A stretch of DNA of 64,000 bases, taken from Felis catus. Taxonomy: Eukaryota. Location: positions 81,160,001 through 81,224,000 of the forward strand of contig NC_058368.1 of NCBI RefSeq assembly GCF_018350175.1, written 5' to 3'. The translations under genes and the position numbers were made by a program. The notes beneath the pieces are model-generated. The model was not told the DNA's origin and made no database searches. It saw only the letters and a list, made by a program, of their open reading frames with translations. Positions 11,310 through 22,717 of the stretch are shown here, piece by piece; the first letter of the stretch is position 1, and every line of letters starts with the position of its first letter.

Positions 11310-14300
11310 ACACGCCTATTTTAGGTTTCTTTTTATTTCCTTCCTTGGATTGCTTTAGATTTATCACATCTTTTTCCTGATGTTTATTTTCCTCCCTCTG
11401 CTAATTTGGTAGTTACCAATTCTGTTTCTGTTCTTTAGTTGTTCTCATGGGCATCAACACAAGAAAAATTAACTTACCAGAGTCTGAATTAGCCAGTAGC
11501 TTCACCCTTCGTTGACACCTTTACAACTCAGAACACATTAACTGCCTCTCTCCATCCTGATTTGCATGCTACCGCTGTCATTGATTTCACTGCAAGCTTG
11601 ACTGTTTTCTTTTTAAACTCATCACATGTAATTATTGTTTTTACACAGCGTTTGCTTGGATTTCCCCACATATTTACCACATTTTGTGTCTTCTGTCTCC
11701 TCCTTCATTTCAGACCATGTCACTGGGATCACATACCTTCTGTGTGACATCAAACCCTCTGTTTGTGGTCATTTAACAGTGCCTTTGTTTCCCCCCTGTC
11801 CTCAGTGAGTGGTCTTGCTGGGTGCAGTATTTGAGGTTGAGGTTTGCCCTCGGTAGTTGAAGATACGATTCCAGTCTCCTGAATTTCCATTGTTCTGATG
11901 AGTAAGCTGTCAGTCCCTCCTCTGAAGGCAGTCTGTCCTTTCTCACTGGTGTTTTTAAGACCTTCTCTTGTTTTTCTCCTTCTGTTGCTGTGTTATGCTG
12001 AATCTAGGTATGGATTTCTTTTTAATTATTATGTATTGAATCATGGGGTTCTTCAATCTGTGGGATGATATCTTCCATTAGTCTCTATTTGGTTCTATTT
12101 GGTTGTTTTCCAGTCTTTATGACATCTGGGGGTTTTGTCCTCATATTTTAGTATTTTTTATTTACTTAAACATATTAAAAATACTTTGTTTTTTGAGCCT
12201 ATAATTATCACATCTTTAACTCTGTTACTGTACTTTTTTCATTTCATTCTCTTACCATTTTCGTCTGCCAGCTGAAACTCTTCATCTGTTCATGCATGTT
12301 GTTTACCTTTTCTATTAGTGCCTTTCAAGTGTTAATCACAGTTATTTAAATTCTTGGTGTCTGATAGTTTCAACATTTGGGTCACACCTGCCTCTCATTC
12401 TGTTGACTGCTTTGTTTTCTGACAGTGAGTATAGTCCCTTCCTTCCTCCCTGCTCCTTCCCCCTCTTCCCTCCCTCCCTCCATTCTTCTCTCCTCCCTCC
12501 CTCCCTCCTTCCCTTCCTTCTCTTGTATGTCTTGTACTTTTTGGTTGAGAGCAAGATAGTACATGTGGACACAGTACTGAGTTAATTATGTTTATGTGTG
12601 GAAAAAGGAGCACCCCTTTTTCCGCTTGGCCAGTAATTTTAGGGTTGAGTCTGCCTGATCCTAGTTGACTTTGGGATTTGTTGTTGCTATGGTTACTCTC
12701 CGTGCAACCACCAGCATTCCTCTAGCTTTACCTGAGGCCGGGGGCTACTTTGCCAGAAAAACTTTCTTGGTGTCCACTTCATTCTCAGTCTTAAACCTCT
12801 TGTCTCCATGCCTCCAGTGGGTCTCTTGCCACATACTTGCCTCTCCCCCCGGGGTGGACCACCAAGCTTTCCATACAGCACCGGCCAGCCTGACGTTGGG
12901 AGTCAAGACCTTCTCTTGTTTGGTGCAGATTCCGTCTTGGCAGGAACTGCCTGCTGGGTCTTGGGAGGGGAGCTTCCCTGGGAACGCAGCAGAAGACCTC
13001 TAATGGTCCAGATCCCAGTTGGCTTTCTGCCCGTTCCCGGAGAATTGAGCCTCTTCCTTTACCCTCCCCCAGCCACGACGGGTTTTCATCTGTGCCCTGG
13101 GAGTGACAACATTTTATACTCATGTTATCCCACACTCAGCCTTAGGCAGTTTGTTAACACCTGTAGCTGAGTTCTCATTACCCATCCTACCCTGGGGAGC
13201 CCCATCTTCTTTCTGCACCCTGACCGTGGTGAGTCACAGGTCTCGTCTTGTCTCCACGGAAGCACCTGTCTCTGCTTACGTAGCAGGCTGCTGTTGGTTG
13301 ACCTGAAACCTCAGTGCTCTGATGGGCTCAAGAAAAGGCACATTTGTAGATCATTGGCTTTGTGTTATTGTCAGGGTAGGGCAATCCACTTGCCCGCCTT
13401 CTGCACCTGCTGCTCTGCTTCCGGCAGCTGCCTGCCCCAGTGTATTTAACCAGTCCCCTTGGATGGACTTTTCGTTTCTCCCAACCCTTTGCTATTTCAG
13501 ACACCTCTGTGGAAAATGACATCATTTTTCACACTCGTGAATATCTCTGAGTAAGTTCCTGGGAGAGGAAGTGCCAGATCACAGGGAGGGCACATTCGGA
13601 ATGTTTATATTTATCGCCATATTTATTTATGTTTATACATTATACATTTATGTTTATTGCTCTGTGAAGTTTAAGGAGTTTACACTCTTTGCCTAACTAA
13701 GAAGTGAAAAATGGTTCCTGTGTCGTTTGAATTTGCTTTTCTCATATTACAGTGAGATTGAACTTCATTTCATATATTAAAGCAATTTTCATACTGCACT
13801 GCACACATAAAAATGGTTAAAATAGCAAATTATATGTTATATATTTTCACAATAGAAAAGCTATTTGCATTCTTTTCTATGAATGAAATATTCACATTTT
13901 TACCCACTTTATAATAAATGTGTTTGCCTAATGTGTTTCAGTTGATTTTTCTAGATTTCTAAGTAGATAATCATATTTTCTGCAAATAAGAACAACACTG
14001 TATTTTCCTTTAAATCATCCTGGGGGGAGAAGGCATTCTTGTCTTCCTTATGACTTTACCAGGGGTGTTTTCCTGTTCTCACCGTTCACGGCCTGGTCGG
14101 CGATTGGTTTGATGTGGTCGGTCTTTGTTAGGAGAAATGTATTTCTATTCCTATTTTCCTAAAAACATCTTTTAATCAAGAATCATTTTGTTTTCCTCAA
14201 AAAGATGCCATTGGAATTAAGGTTAGTATTGCATTTAATTTGCGAATCATTCTCAGGACGACTACCGTTATGTAAGTTGCTGGTATTTTATTCCATGTGT

Positions 14301-14970
14301 AAACGGATTCAATATTTATCACCATTCCTTGTATACTAGGGCATTTCCATTCTTGAATCATTTTTAGATTCCTCTTTCAGTTAGCTGGTCAAATATTTGA
14401 GTGATTTTCCAAGAAAATTTGTGGTGGCGTGCTTCCTGAACTCTTGCTTCCATAGTTACATCTTTCTGTTCCCTACACGCAGGAGCATCAGGGCGGCCAC
14501 ACAAGGAGTCCTCTCGGTTCCCACTTCCCAACAGCGGAGTCCTGTCATCCCGGCTTCCGAGGGCCTTCCCTTTGAAACCAGCCCGAGGTTTTTGCCTTCC
14601 GATATTTTGTGAGCATCTACATGCTTCATATAGAAATGTTTGTGCTTGGAAATCACACGTTTGGCATGTGTCCGGGCCTAAGTCTTCCTTTACTGGTTTT
14701 CCTTGAAATCGGAGGTTTCCCTTCCAACTGCAGATTTAGGTCTGCAGCTCCCCTCTCGTATCTCTTGCGCTTCCTCTATTCTCTTCTTCAGAAGGACCAG
14801 TTATTTGCACTTCTAACCTGTATTGTGTGCGCTCTGAACCTTCCACCATGTCAGAGTTTCACTTCTTTATCTGTTTCTTTTTTCTTGCCATCCTCCGCAT
14901 CACGAATCCGCTTTTCTACAACTTCGTCTCTGCTCTTTCTGTCCTAACACTGAAATGTGCCATCATGTTA
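11310..14970 (-). mobile_element. Block of old antisense L1M fragments
   Basis: T-rich L1-antisense phrases such as 'ttgctgggtgcagtatttgaggttg', 'tttttaagaccttctcttg', 'ttatttaaattcttggtgtctgatagtttcaacatttgggtc' and 'gtagataatcatattttctgcaaataag'. Internal boundaries not resolved. Confidence 0.6.
12437..12522. repeat. CT-rich (CCTT/CCCT)n low-complexity tract
   Basis: Near-pure polypyrimidine run seen directly. Confidence 0.85.
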
Positions 14971-14976
14971 TTTCTC

Positions 14977-15003
14977 CTTTTTAAAAAAATGTTTATTTAT
15001 TTT

Positions 15004-15058
<55 letters not shown>

Positions 15059-15181
15059 ATCCCAAGCAGGCTTCATGCTGGGTCAGCACGACGTGGGGCT
15101 CAATCCCATAAACCATAAGATCATGACCTGAGCCAAAATCAAGAGTCAGATGCTTATTCAACTGAGCCCCCCGGGGTGCCC
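14977..15181 (-). mobile_element. Can-SINE with long (GA)n tract
   Basis: Antisense SINE with (GA)n at about 15007-15053, ending ccggggtgccc. Confidence 0.92.
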
Positions 15182-16185
15182 TGCCGTGACCTTATTTCTG
15201 CGAATGCATTCTTTCCGTAAATGTCCCAGCCACTCTTTAATCCAGCTGGCTCTCATGCCATCTCATCTTTTAGCTCAAGTTCAGGTACTCACAGGGTGCC
15301 TACATTCCATGGAGTGTGCAAAGTGGGGTGATAAAATTTCTCCCTCCCTCACTATCCCTTTAGTACAGAAGGATATTTCCATAGCTGTTACAGGAAGCTT
15401 TTGCTCTGCTTTGCCTTGGGTACTTGTGTTGGCATCGAGGGAGGCTTTCACAGGCATGGTGTCCACCCGGAGTCACCCTCGAATGGCTCCACTGCTCACC
15501 TGCATGCTCATAAAACCTGTTATCTGCTCTCAGGATGGTAAACTCCTTGATAAAAAAGCTATATTATTTGTGTGGCTATATAACAGTTGTGGCAAAGGGG
15601 AGGTGCTGGGGAGGAGGGAGAGGGTGTGAACTGGTGACCCTTTCTCCCTGACATCGTTCTGTGGTCAGAAGCTTCTCGGCATCATTTTGTGGTCAGAAGC
15701 TTCTACTCTACCTACCGAAGGCGGCCGCGTCCACGTTTGCTATAAATGCTGCCAGGCCAGCACTTGCATCTGGTAGGATTGTTGTATCTTCTAGGAAGAC
15801 CCTGTGCATTGGCAAGGATAGAAACAGGAGAAGACCCCACCACTAACACTGCGCTTTGATGGGGCCACACTTGTCTCTGGGCTTCTGGCTGAGGTATCTC
15901 AGACGCTCCTGATCTGTAGCAGAGAACTATTCCAAGTAGGAGTTCATTATCTGTCCCTCCAGCTATGAGACTGTTGGTGTAACTTAGCTCAAACTGTTCC
16001 TGCTTATGTCCCATGATCTTGAGTTGTTTTTTCTTAAGAAATTAAGTTTGTCATTTAATGGAGCACCTGCTACACTGTAAGTAGTAAAAGCTTTTCAGGA
16101 CTGTTACTTCTTACAACATGTACTGGGTAGCCGACCAAACTTTTCACCAAGATAATCTTGAAAAAATAATAAAATTTCTTTACAA

Positions 16186-16376
16186 GGGGCACCTGGGTGG
16201 CTCAGCCGGTTGCATGTCCGACTTCGGCTCAGGTCATGATCTCGCGGTTCGTGAGTTCGAGCCCCTCATTGGGCTCTGTGCTGACAGCTCAGAGCCTGCT
16301 TTGGATCCTCTGTGCCCCCTCTCTCTGCCCTTCCCCGCCTTGTGCTCTCCCCCAAAATAAATAAATATGTTTAAAA
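16186..16376 (+). mobile_element. Can-SINE
   Basis: GGGGCACCTGGGTGGCTCAG head and AATAAA tail. TSD-like aaaatttctttaca / aaaattgctttata. Confidence 0.92.
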
Positions 16377-17574
16377 ATTGCTTTATAGTTTGCTTCAAGG
16401 AATCAGAGAGCAACGAGGGCAGCTACAGGTGAGGGGCCAAGACCCCGGGAGATGGGGTTCTCAGCAAGGTGCTCTCTGTGCTCTGGACTGCCGCTGCTAT
16501 ATCGTCAAACTTTCCTGGTTTATAAGCACCATAGGCCAAGAAATGGAGAGTCTTAGCAGATGTTAGTGGCTAAGAGGCTGGAGACCTAGGGAGAGCTTCT
16601 GGGGGTTCTGTGGTGTTAGGCACAAAACTGGAGTTCAGGGTTACCAAGGTCATTTTGGCTGGAGGAGCCCAGAGGAAAGAGAAGTATAAGAAGCATGGGT
16701 TGTTCTTGATGTTGACACCTTTGCTGAACCTTAGCCAGGAAAGGTGACAGATCAGGCATCTTCACAGACAGAAGCCTCTAGAGGCTGGTGGTCTCAGTGT
16801 TTGGGGGACACACTGGAGTTCAAGACCCACTGTGGGGGGAGGAGGAGGGTAAATGTCATTTGCTCAGGTCAGCTTCCTATGGGGGAGCTCAAGGGGACCC
16901 TGAACAGGATCCCCTTGTGCCTGGGGACCCCGAGGTAGATGGAACTGAGGGATAAACCTGAAGGGCTGTTCGGGCAGATGAGGTGCTCTGCCCCCTGGTC
17001 CACTCGGGGGCATGGTCACTTCCTAGGCGGCCTCCTGCTCCTGGTACCCCCTGGAATGGCCTCACTTCCCGACTCTGCCATTATCAGTATAGACTGCTTA
17101 TTGACAGTTAAGCAAAGTTTCCAGAATGATTAGATTTTCCTCAAGGCATCCCAGAGCTAGCAGTGCACAGCTCATGTAGAATAACCATGAGGCCAGCAGC
17201 CACTGCTACGTTGCTGAAGGCGAGCCTTGGCAAGGTCCTTCTGATAACCTTGTTGTTGGCAGAGCAAACGGGAGTCAGATGACCTCCAAGCTATAGGAAT
17301 ACACTCAGTGCAGTTGCCCACAAAGGGATTGAGAGGTCTCGGCCATAATTCGGAAGCCATGTGATATGACACCTCACTGCTCCTCGCAGATACAGAGAGG
17401 CCTGGGTTCAGCGAAGTGGGTGATGTGGAAGTGGGGGTGAGACAGGATCTCGGGCAGGACTAAGACAGGTGCGTCGTCTGGATGAGAGTTTTGCTGCTTT
17501 CCCGTGATAACAGGGAGTGCTTGTGAGCACGTAGATTGCCTGCTACTATGGAGCTAAATCCTTGCTACACAATG

Positions 17575-17663
17575 TCTGCCACAATTCCTACAGCGCCCCC
17601 ATGTTTTCTGCCATCGTTCCTACAGCGCCCCCTACATTATCGGCCATCGTTCCTACAGCACTA
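17575..17663. repeat. Tandem repeat, ~32-33-bp unit x ~2.7, adjoining a MIR-like fragment
   Basis: Units tctgccacaattcctacagcgccccc..., tctgccatcgttcctacagcgccccc... and tcggccatcgttcctacagca start at 17575, 17607 and 17640. Confidence 0.85.
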
Positions 17664-18294
17664 GCGGTGCATGTGCAGAAAGCAAAGCTTGTAGAGACTC
17701 AATCCCTTGCCTAAGGTCACAAGGCTGAGAAGGAGCAGAGGAGGGACCGAGAGTCAGCTCTTCCGATGCTGATGCCCATCCCTACAGTTGCTGAGCCATA
17801 TGCCCCCCTCTGCGGGGAGGCATTAGCAAGTCCGTGAGCAGTTTGATGGCGTGTGGATGTAAGCAGAGGAGATCACTGTCTGTCGTGGTGGCAGGGAGAC
17901 AACTTGTTTTCCGTTCATATCGTTGATTGTTAGCGTCCTACACTGAAAGAGTGCTTTCCAGGTGTTGTAGATACACACTTGAGTTGGGGTGCACTCAACT
18001 GAAAAATGCGGTGAGCATTCACATGCTCAGGTGTATTTTTAAGTGAAGAAGGAAAGCCTCCAGAAAGTGGGCAGGCTATAATACAATTCATATAAAATAC
18101 CCAGCTATTTACTTACATATATTGCCTAAAGACACCTGAAGCTGGAGAGACACAGCTGCTCACTTCTCACAAGGTGAAAAGTACACGACAAAATGTCAGC
18201 AGAGCTTGATGAAGAATTCAAGTGCATCTAACATAGGTAAATTGTACGATTTGCTATAGCCAGATGTGTGTGCAGCGCAACAGGCCTACAGATC

Positions 18295-18639
18295 TTGATT
18301 GATACATAGAGAGATAGATGATAGATAGGTAATTGATAGATTATAGATAAATAGGTAGATAGCTAACTAGAAAGATGATAGGTGATAGAGAGAGAGATAG
18401 GATGGATGGATGGATAGATAGGTACATAGATAGGATGGATGGATGGATGGATAGAAAGATAGATGATTGATAGAAAGATAGATAATTGATTGATAGATAG
18501 ATGATAGATAAATAGATAATTAATTGATAGATAGATGACTGATAGATGATTGATAGATGATAGATAGATAATTGATTGATAGATAATTGATACATAGATA
18601 ATAGATAGATAGATAATAGATAGATAGACAGACAGACAG
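18295..18639. repeat. Compound (GATA)n/(GGAT)n/(GACA)n microsatellite
   Basis: About 340 bp of degenerate GATA repeats seen directly. Confidence 0.95.
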
Positions 18640-19003
18640 AAGTCTCATGATCTACAAGCTGGAGACCCAGGAAAGCTGGTGGTGTAGTTCAGGCTAAATC
18701 CTAAGGCCTGAGAACAAAGAGACCTGATGAATTCCCTATTCAAGGGCAGGGGAAGACCCATGTCTCAGCCCAGGAAGTCAGGCAGAAAGGGGGTGGATTC
18801 TCCCTTCCTCCGCCTCTTGTTCTATTCCAGCCCTCAATGGATTGGATAACACCCAGCCACATTGGGAAGGGCAATGTGTCTTTCTGAGTTCACAGGAGCT
18901 AATGCTGGTCTCAGCTAGAAATACAGGCCCAGACAGACTCAGGAGTAATGTTTAACCTGAGCACCCTGTCCAATCAAATTGACGCACACAGTCAGCCACC
19001 ACA
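18640..19003 (-). mobile_element. MLT2-type ERVL LTR
   Basis: 'caagctggagacccaggaaagctggtggtgtagttc...ttgttctattccagccctcaatggattggat...cacattgggaagggcaat...ttgac...agccaccaca' matches recalled antisense MLT2 consensus. Confidence 0.85.
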
Positions 19004-19510
19004 ATGGGATTTCTCCACCAGGCCCACCGTGGGGTTTAGGCCCATCCGCAGACTCTCGCTCCCCGTCTGCCTGTGGAATCGGCAGCAGGCTGTGGCTCAG
19101 TGCTTCTAGCAAGATGGTGTGTCTGGAGATTGTTCCTTAAACACTACATCATTAACCATTATTGTATCTGCGGACGGGAAGGTGCCTGAGACGGGCAAGG
19201 AAGAAGGGCGTTCAGTCTTCCTGCATGTGTTTCTATATTTCTTTGGTCCTGTACAGTGATGTCTTCGGGCATCATGAGGACAGAGGGAGTGTTGTACTCC
19301 GACGGAACCAGCCTGGTGAGGTTCACCCCTCACGCATGGCTTATGCTTGGCCACATCTGTTCTTCGAGTGGAGGTACCAACTGCAGCCTTACCTCTCAGT
19401 CTTCCCCTGCGATTAAGACTAGGCTGACTTCCTGGATGGTAAGAGGTTTGGCAGACCGGGTAAAATTGCGGCAGTGATGGAAAAGGAAGAAAATAGTTGT
19501 CTACATAGAT

Positions 19511-19634
19511 CAGTACTTCCCCAACTTTAATACAACGCATGGAATCTCTGGGCATCTTGTTGATATGCAGATTCTGGGTAGTGGATCTGGGATGATTCCC
19601 GAGATTCTGCCTTTTTAAAAAATATTTATTTATT

Positions 19635-19678
<44 letters not shown>

Positions 19679-19900
19679 TGCATGAATGAGGGAGGGGGAT
19701 AGAGGGAGAGAGAGAATCCCAAGCAGGTTCCACGCTGTCAGCACAGATCCCAACACGGGGCTCGATCCTACAAACCATGAGATCATGACCTGAGCTGGAA
19801 TCAAGAGCCAGATTCTTAACGGACTAACCTCCCCAGGTGCCCCAAGATTCTGCCTTTTAACAGCTGCTGCTGGTCCCCCAGCCTCACTGTGAGCATCAGG
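19511..19900. mobile_element. MER5A-like hAT-Charlie MITE split by a SINE
   Basis: 'gaatctctgggcatcttgttgatatgcagattctggg...gagattctgcctttt' resumes after the SINE as 'agattctgccttttaacag...gctgctggtcc...cactgtgag'. Confidence 0.75.
19615..19843 (-). mobile_element. Can-SINE inserted in MER5A
   Basis: Antisense SINE with (GA)n. TSD agattctgcctttt on both sides. Confidence 0.94.
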
Positions 19901-20625
19901 ACACTGGGGAGAACACCCGTGCGTGATGCTCAGACTCAGGAGAGCTACGGCACCAAGGTCCTCTGGAGGCTGGAGACTCTTGGTTGTCAGTAACTTTGTG
20001 ATAGAACTGAAAGACGACACATACGGTGGACATTGTCCAGTCGGTGCTGTGAATGACCTGGTGGCAGCTGTCGCAGCATGGACGGGCCGTGAGCAGGGTT
20101 CTGACCACAGATCTGCTGTGGAGTAGCTTTGTTTGCCGAAGGTCTCTGCGTCCTTGTCTGAAGTGAGTGGGTCCCGTTAGGTGATCTCTGGAGTTTTGTT
20201 TGGCTGTGAAATGGAGGTTCTCGGGCCTGGAGCAGAATGATTCCATAGTCGAGTTTCATCTCTATGCACACAGAGTACCAGCCATTAAAGCTGACACAGG
20301 GGCTGAGCACCGAGGACTTCTGCTAGTATAAAAGACATCCAGATGTTGCAGATTTGAATTTGCATGTTTAACTGCTATTTTCCCAGGGGATCTGAAATGT
20401 CAAAATTGCATTCACGCTGGTTGTGAGCCTGCAGTGTCGTGCAGAGTGAAGAAATGTGTTGGTGGAAATCAGAGGGTTGGGGTTGTTGCTTCCTTGAGCG
20501 TCTGATTCCCCCAGAAAGTTTCACCAGCTGGAAAGAAGTTGGGGACAGACAGGCTTGTATATCTGGTGGAGCTGTGCGGATTTAAAGCGCAGAATGTTTC
20601 GCTAGGGCCCTGGGAGCGTTCTTTT

Positions 20626-20836
20626 TTCTTTTAAGTTTATTTATTTATCTGGAGAGAGACAGAGACAGCGTGAGCAGGGGAGGGGCAGAGACAGAGGGAG
20701 AGAGAGAATCCCAAGCCGGCTGTGCGCTGCCAGCACGGAGCCCCATGTGGGGCTGGATCCCACGAAACTGTGAGATCATGACCTGAGCCCAAACTGAGAG
20801 TCGGACGCTTAACTGACTGAGCCACCCAGGTGCCCC
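20626..20836 (-). mobile_element. Can-SINE
   Basis: Antisense SINE. TSD ggagcgttcttttt / ggagccttcttttt. Confidence 0.94.
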
Positions 20837-21049
20837 GGAGCCTTCTTTTTTGTACGCGCTGAGTGGTGAATAAATCAATTTCTGTCCAGCCATGTGACTG
20901 ATATTGGGGCGTGAATGAGTCCACAGCCTGCACCCTCCACGTATCTCGAGTTGCACAGGGCACCAAGACAGTGCTGGTTTCAGAGCCCAGGTCCAGGGGC
21001 CTCTAGCAGAGAACAGGAGGAGTCCAAGCCAGCTGCTGGTTTGGTGGAA

Positions 21050-21581
21050 GCCAGTGGAGACCACCCACATGAGAGCGAGCAGGGTCTATTCAGGGGTTGT
21101 GGTCGCCAGGGGTCGGCTGCCATGGCTTGTGTCGGGCAGAGACTCGTGGCAGGCGGAGGCGGGAACAGCACAGGCGTGTCGTGATGCAGGTCCCGGCCTG
21201 GGAAGCTGGGGGCCGTTATTGGAAGCAGGTGTCCCACCCCATTGGTCAGGGGAACGTAGCTGGCTTGATCTGCTTGGTCCTGAGTTGACAGCGGGGACAA
21301 AAGTTGGGGAAACTGTCGTTTACCAGTCGAGCTCTGGCCTTTTGGGGCAACTGTGATGGGGGTTGCCGTTTCAATTCTGGACTGTTACCAGAAATAGTGG
21401 TCAACTTCCTGCTGACTTACAGATAACGGGCTGGCTTCCTGCACATCTGGCTTAGAGCAGGCTACTTCCTGGGGTGGCTCCTGCAGGGAAGGAGTCCTTC
21501 TGGGCAGTTGCTACAGCTTGTGGATCAGAGTTCTGTCTTTATGCACAGCCTACCCATTGTCTTTGTGTGTTCGGTCTCTTA
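21050..21581 (-). mobile_element. Old eutherian ERV LTR (MER-type)
   Basis: Right end 'gggcagttgctacagcttgtggatcagagttctg...ccattgtc...ttcggtctctta' resembles the antisense start of old MER-class LTRs. Exact family uncertain. Confidence 0.6.
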
Positions 21582-21962
21582 GGTTTTAAATGTAGCCAAT
21601 GAGGGGAAGGCCCTTCCAAAGCTTTAAAGGAATCAAGATGGCTCCGCATAGGGGAAGGGGTTGAAGAATCCTAAAGGTCTTTTCAGGATGAGAGCTCCCC
21701 TCTAACCCAGCCAAGGAGACTGGGGCTGTGACCTGTTCTAACGGGAAGGAAGCTTCTCTAATGGATCTGTCATCCCCATAACGGAGTCCAGTCTGGAGGT
21801 CAAGGCTGTGTGTGGTGGCTCCATAAAGGACTTAAAGTAACTGAGCGAAAAGAAGACACATAGCTGGGAGGTGAGGGGGGAGGAAAGAGCCCAAGGCCAT
21901 CCAGTTTCCATTACGCAGACCCCCTAAACTCCAAGCAGATTTTGACTAGCAATGGGATTTTT

Positions 21963-22180
21963 AAAAAAATTTTTTTTAATGTTTATTTATTTTTGAGACA
22001 GAGAGAGACAGAGCATGAACGGGGGAGGGTCAGAGAGAGAGGGAGACACAGAATCGGAAACAGGCTCCAGGCTCCGAGCTGTCAGCACAGAGCCCGATGC
22101 GGGGCTCGAACCCACGAACCGTGAGATCATGACCTCAGCCGAAGTCGGACGCCCAACCGACTGAGCCACCCAGGCGCCCC
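21963..22180 (-). mobile_element. Can-SINE (young, SINEC_Fc-like)
   Basis: Near-consensus antisense copy. Perfect TSD agcaatgggattttt at 21948 and 22181. Confidence 0.96.
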
Positions 22181-22481
22181 AGCAATGGGATTTTTAAACG
22201 TAACTCAGTTTTGGAGAGGATGCTGGAAAGAGTGGAAGGGAATATTTGAGTTACCGAACACGAATGCCACACTCACGCCAAACGACTGAAATGGGACTGG
22301 GCGTCATGTCGTCTCCGTGGGGTTGGGTCACCTTAGGGCAAATGGAGAAAGCCAATTTCCGGAAGCACAAAGGGGAAAACCAGACAGGTCCCACCTCACA
22401 GGGACTTCAGCAGTGCAGGCTGGACAGCACTTTCTTAGCCAAACCACCAGCCCATTTGGGGTGGCCGTAGAGGTTTTCAGT

Positions 22482-22717
22482 CGGCGCTGTGCCCAGCCCT
22501 ACTGGAGCTTGAGGGAGAAGGAAACATCAGTCACACTGATCTTGCTTTCATTTCAAATTGTAAATGTTTCTCATGGGTTTTTTACATTAACTTGGATTTG
22601 TTTAAGCATCGCAGTATAGTATCTTTACCTCTGTTACTGAGTTTTGGGGTGCACCCTTAGACTGCACACCCACGACGAGTACCCAGTCTAGCCCCCGTCC
22701 GACTTTCAGTGCCCTGG
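22482..22717 (-). mobile_element. MER96B-like hAT DNA transposon fossil
   Basis: 'cggcgctgtgcccagccctactggagcttgagggagaaggaaacatcagt...ttactgagttttggggtgcacccttagactgcacacc' matches recalled antisense MER96B. Confidence 0.75.

Noticed and set aside
17575..17663. CRISPR-like repeat-spacer appearance
   Set aside because: Eukaryotic context, fewer than three full units, no unique spacers and no cas genes. A simple tandem duplication.
18295..18639. Long GATA array as a novel element
   Set aside because: Common mammalian tetranucleotide microsatellite, at a position where MLT2 LTRs often carry simple repeats.
19335..19395. Peptide AYAWPHLF..RYQLQP faintly recalling a Furry/FRY-family motif
   Set aside because: Only a few residues match, the frame stops before the splice donor, and there are no other supporting exons.
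19106..20020. 304-aa minus-strand ORF
   Set aside because: Runs through a Can-SINE (including its CT tract, giving SLSLSL) and MER5A. No protein-like homology, so a chance open frame.
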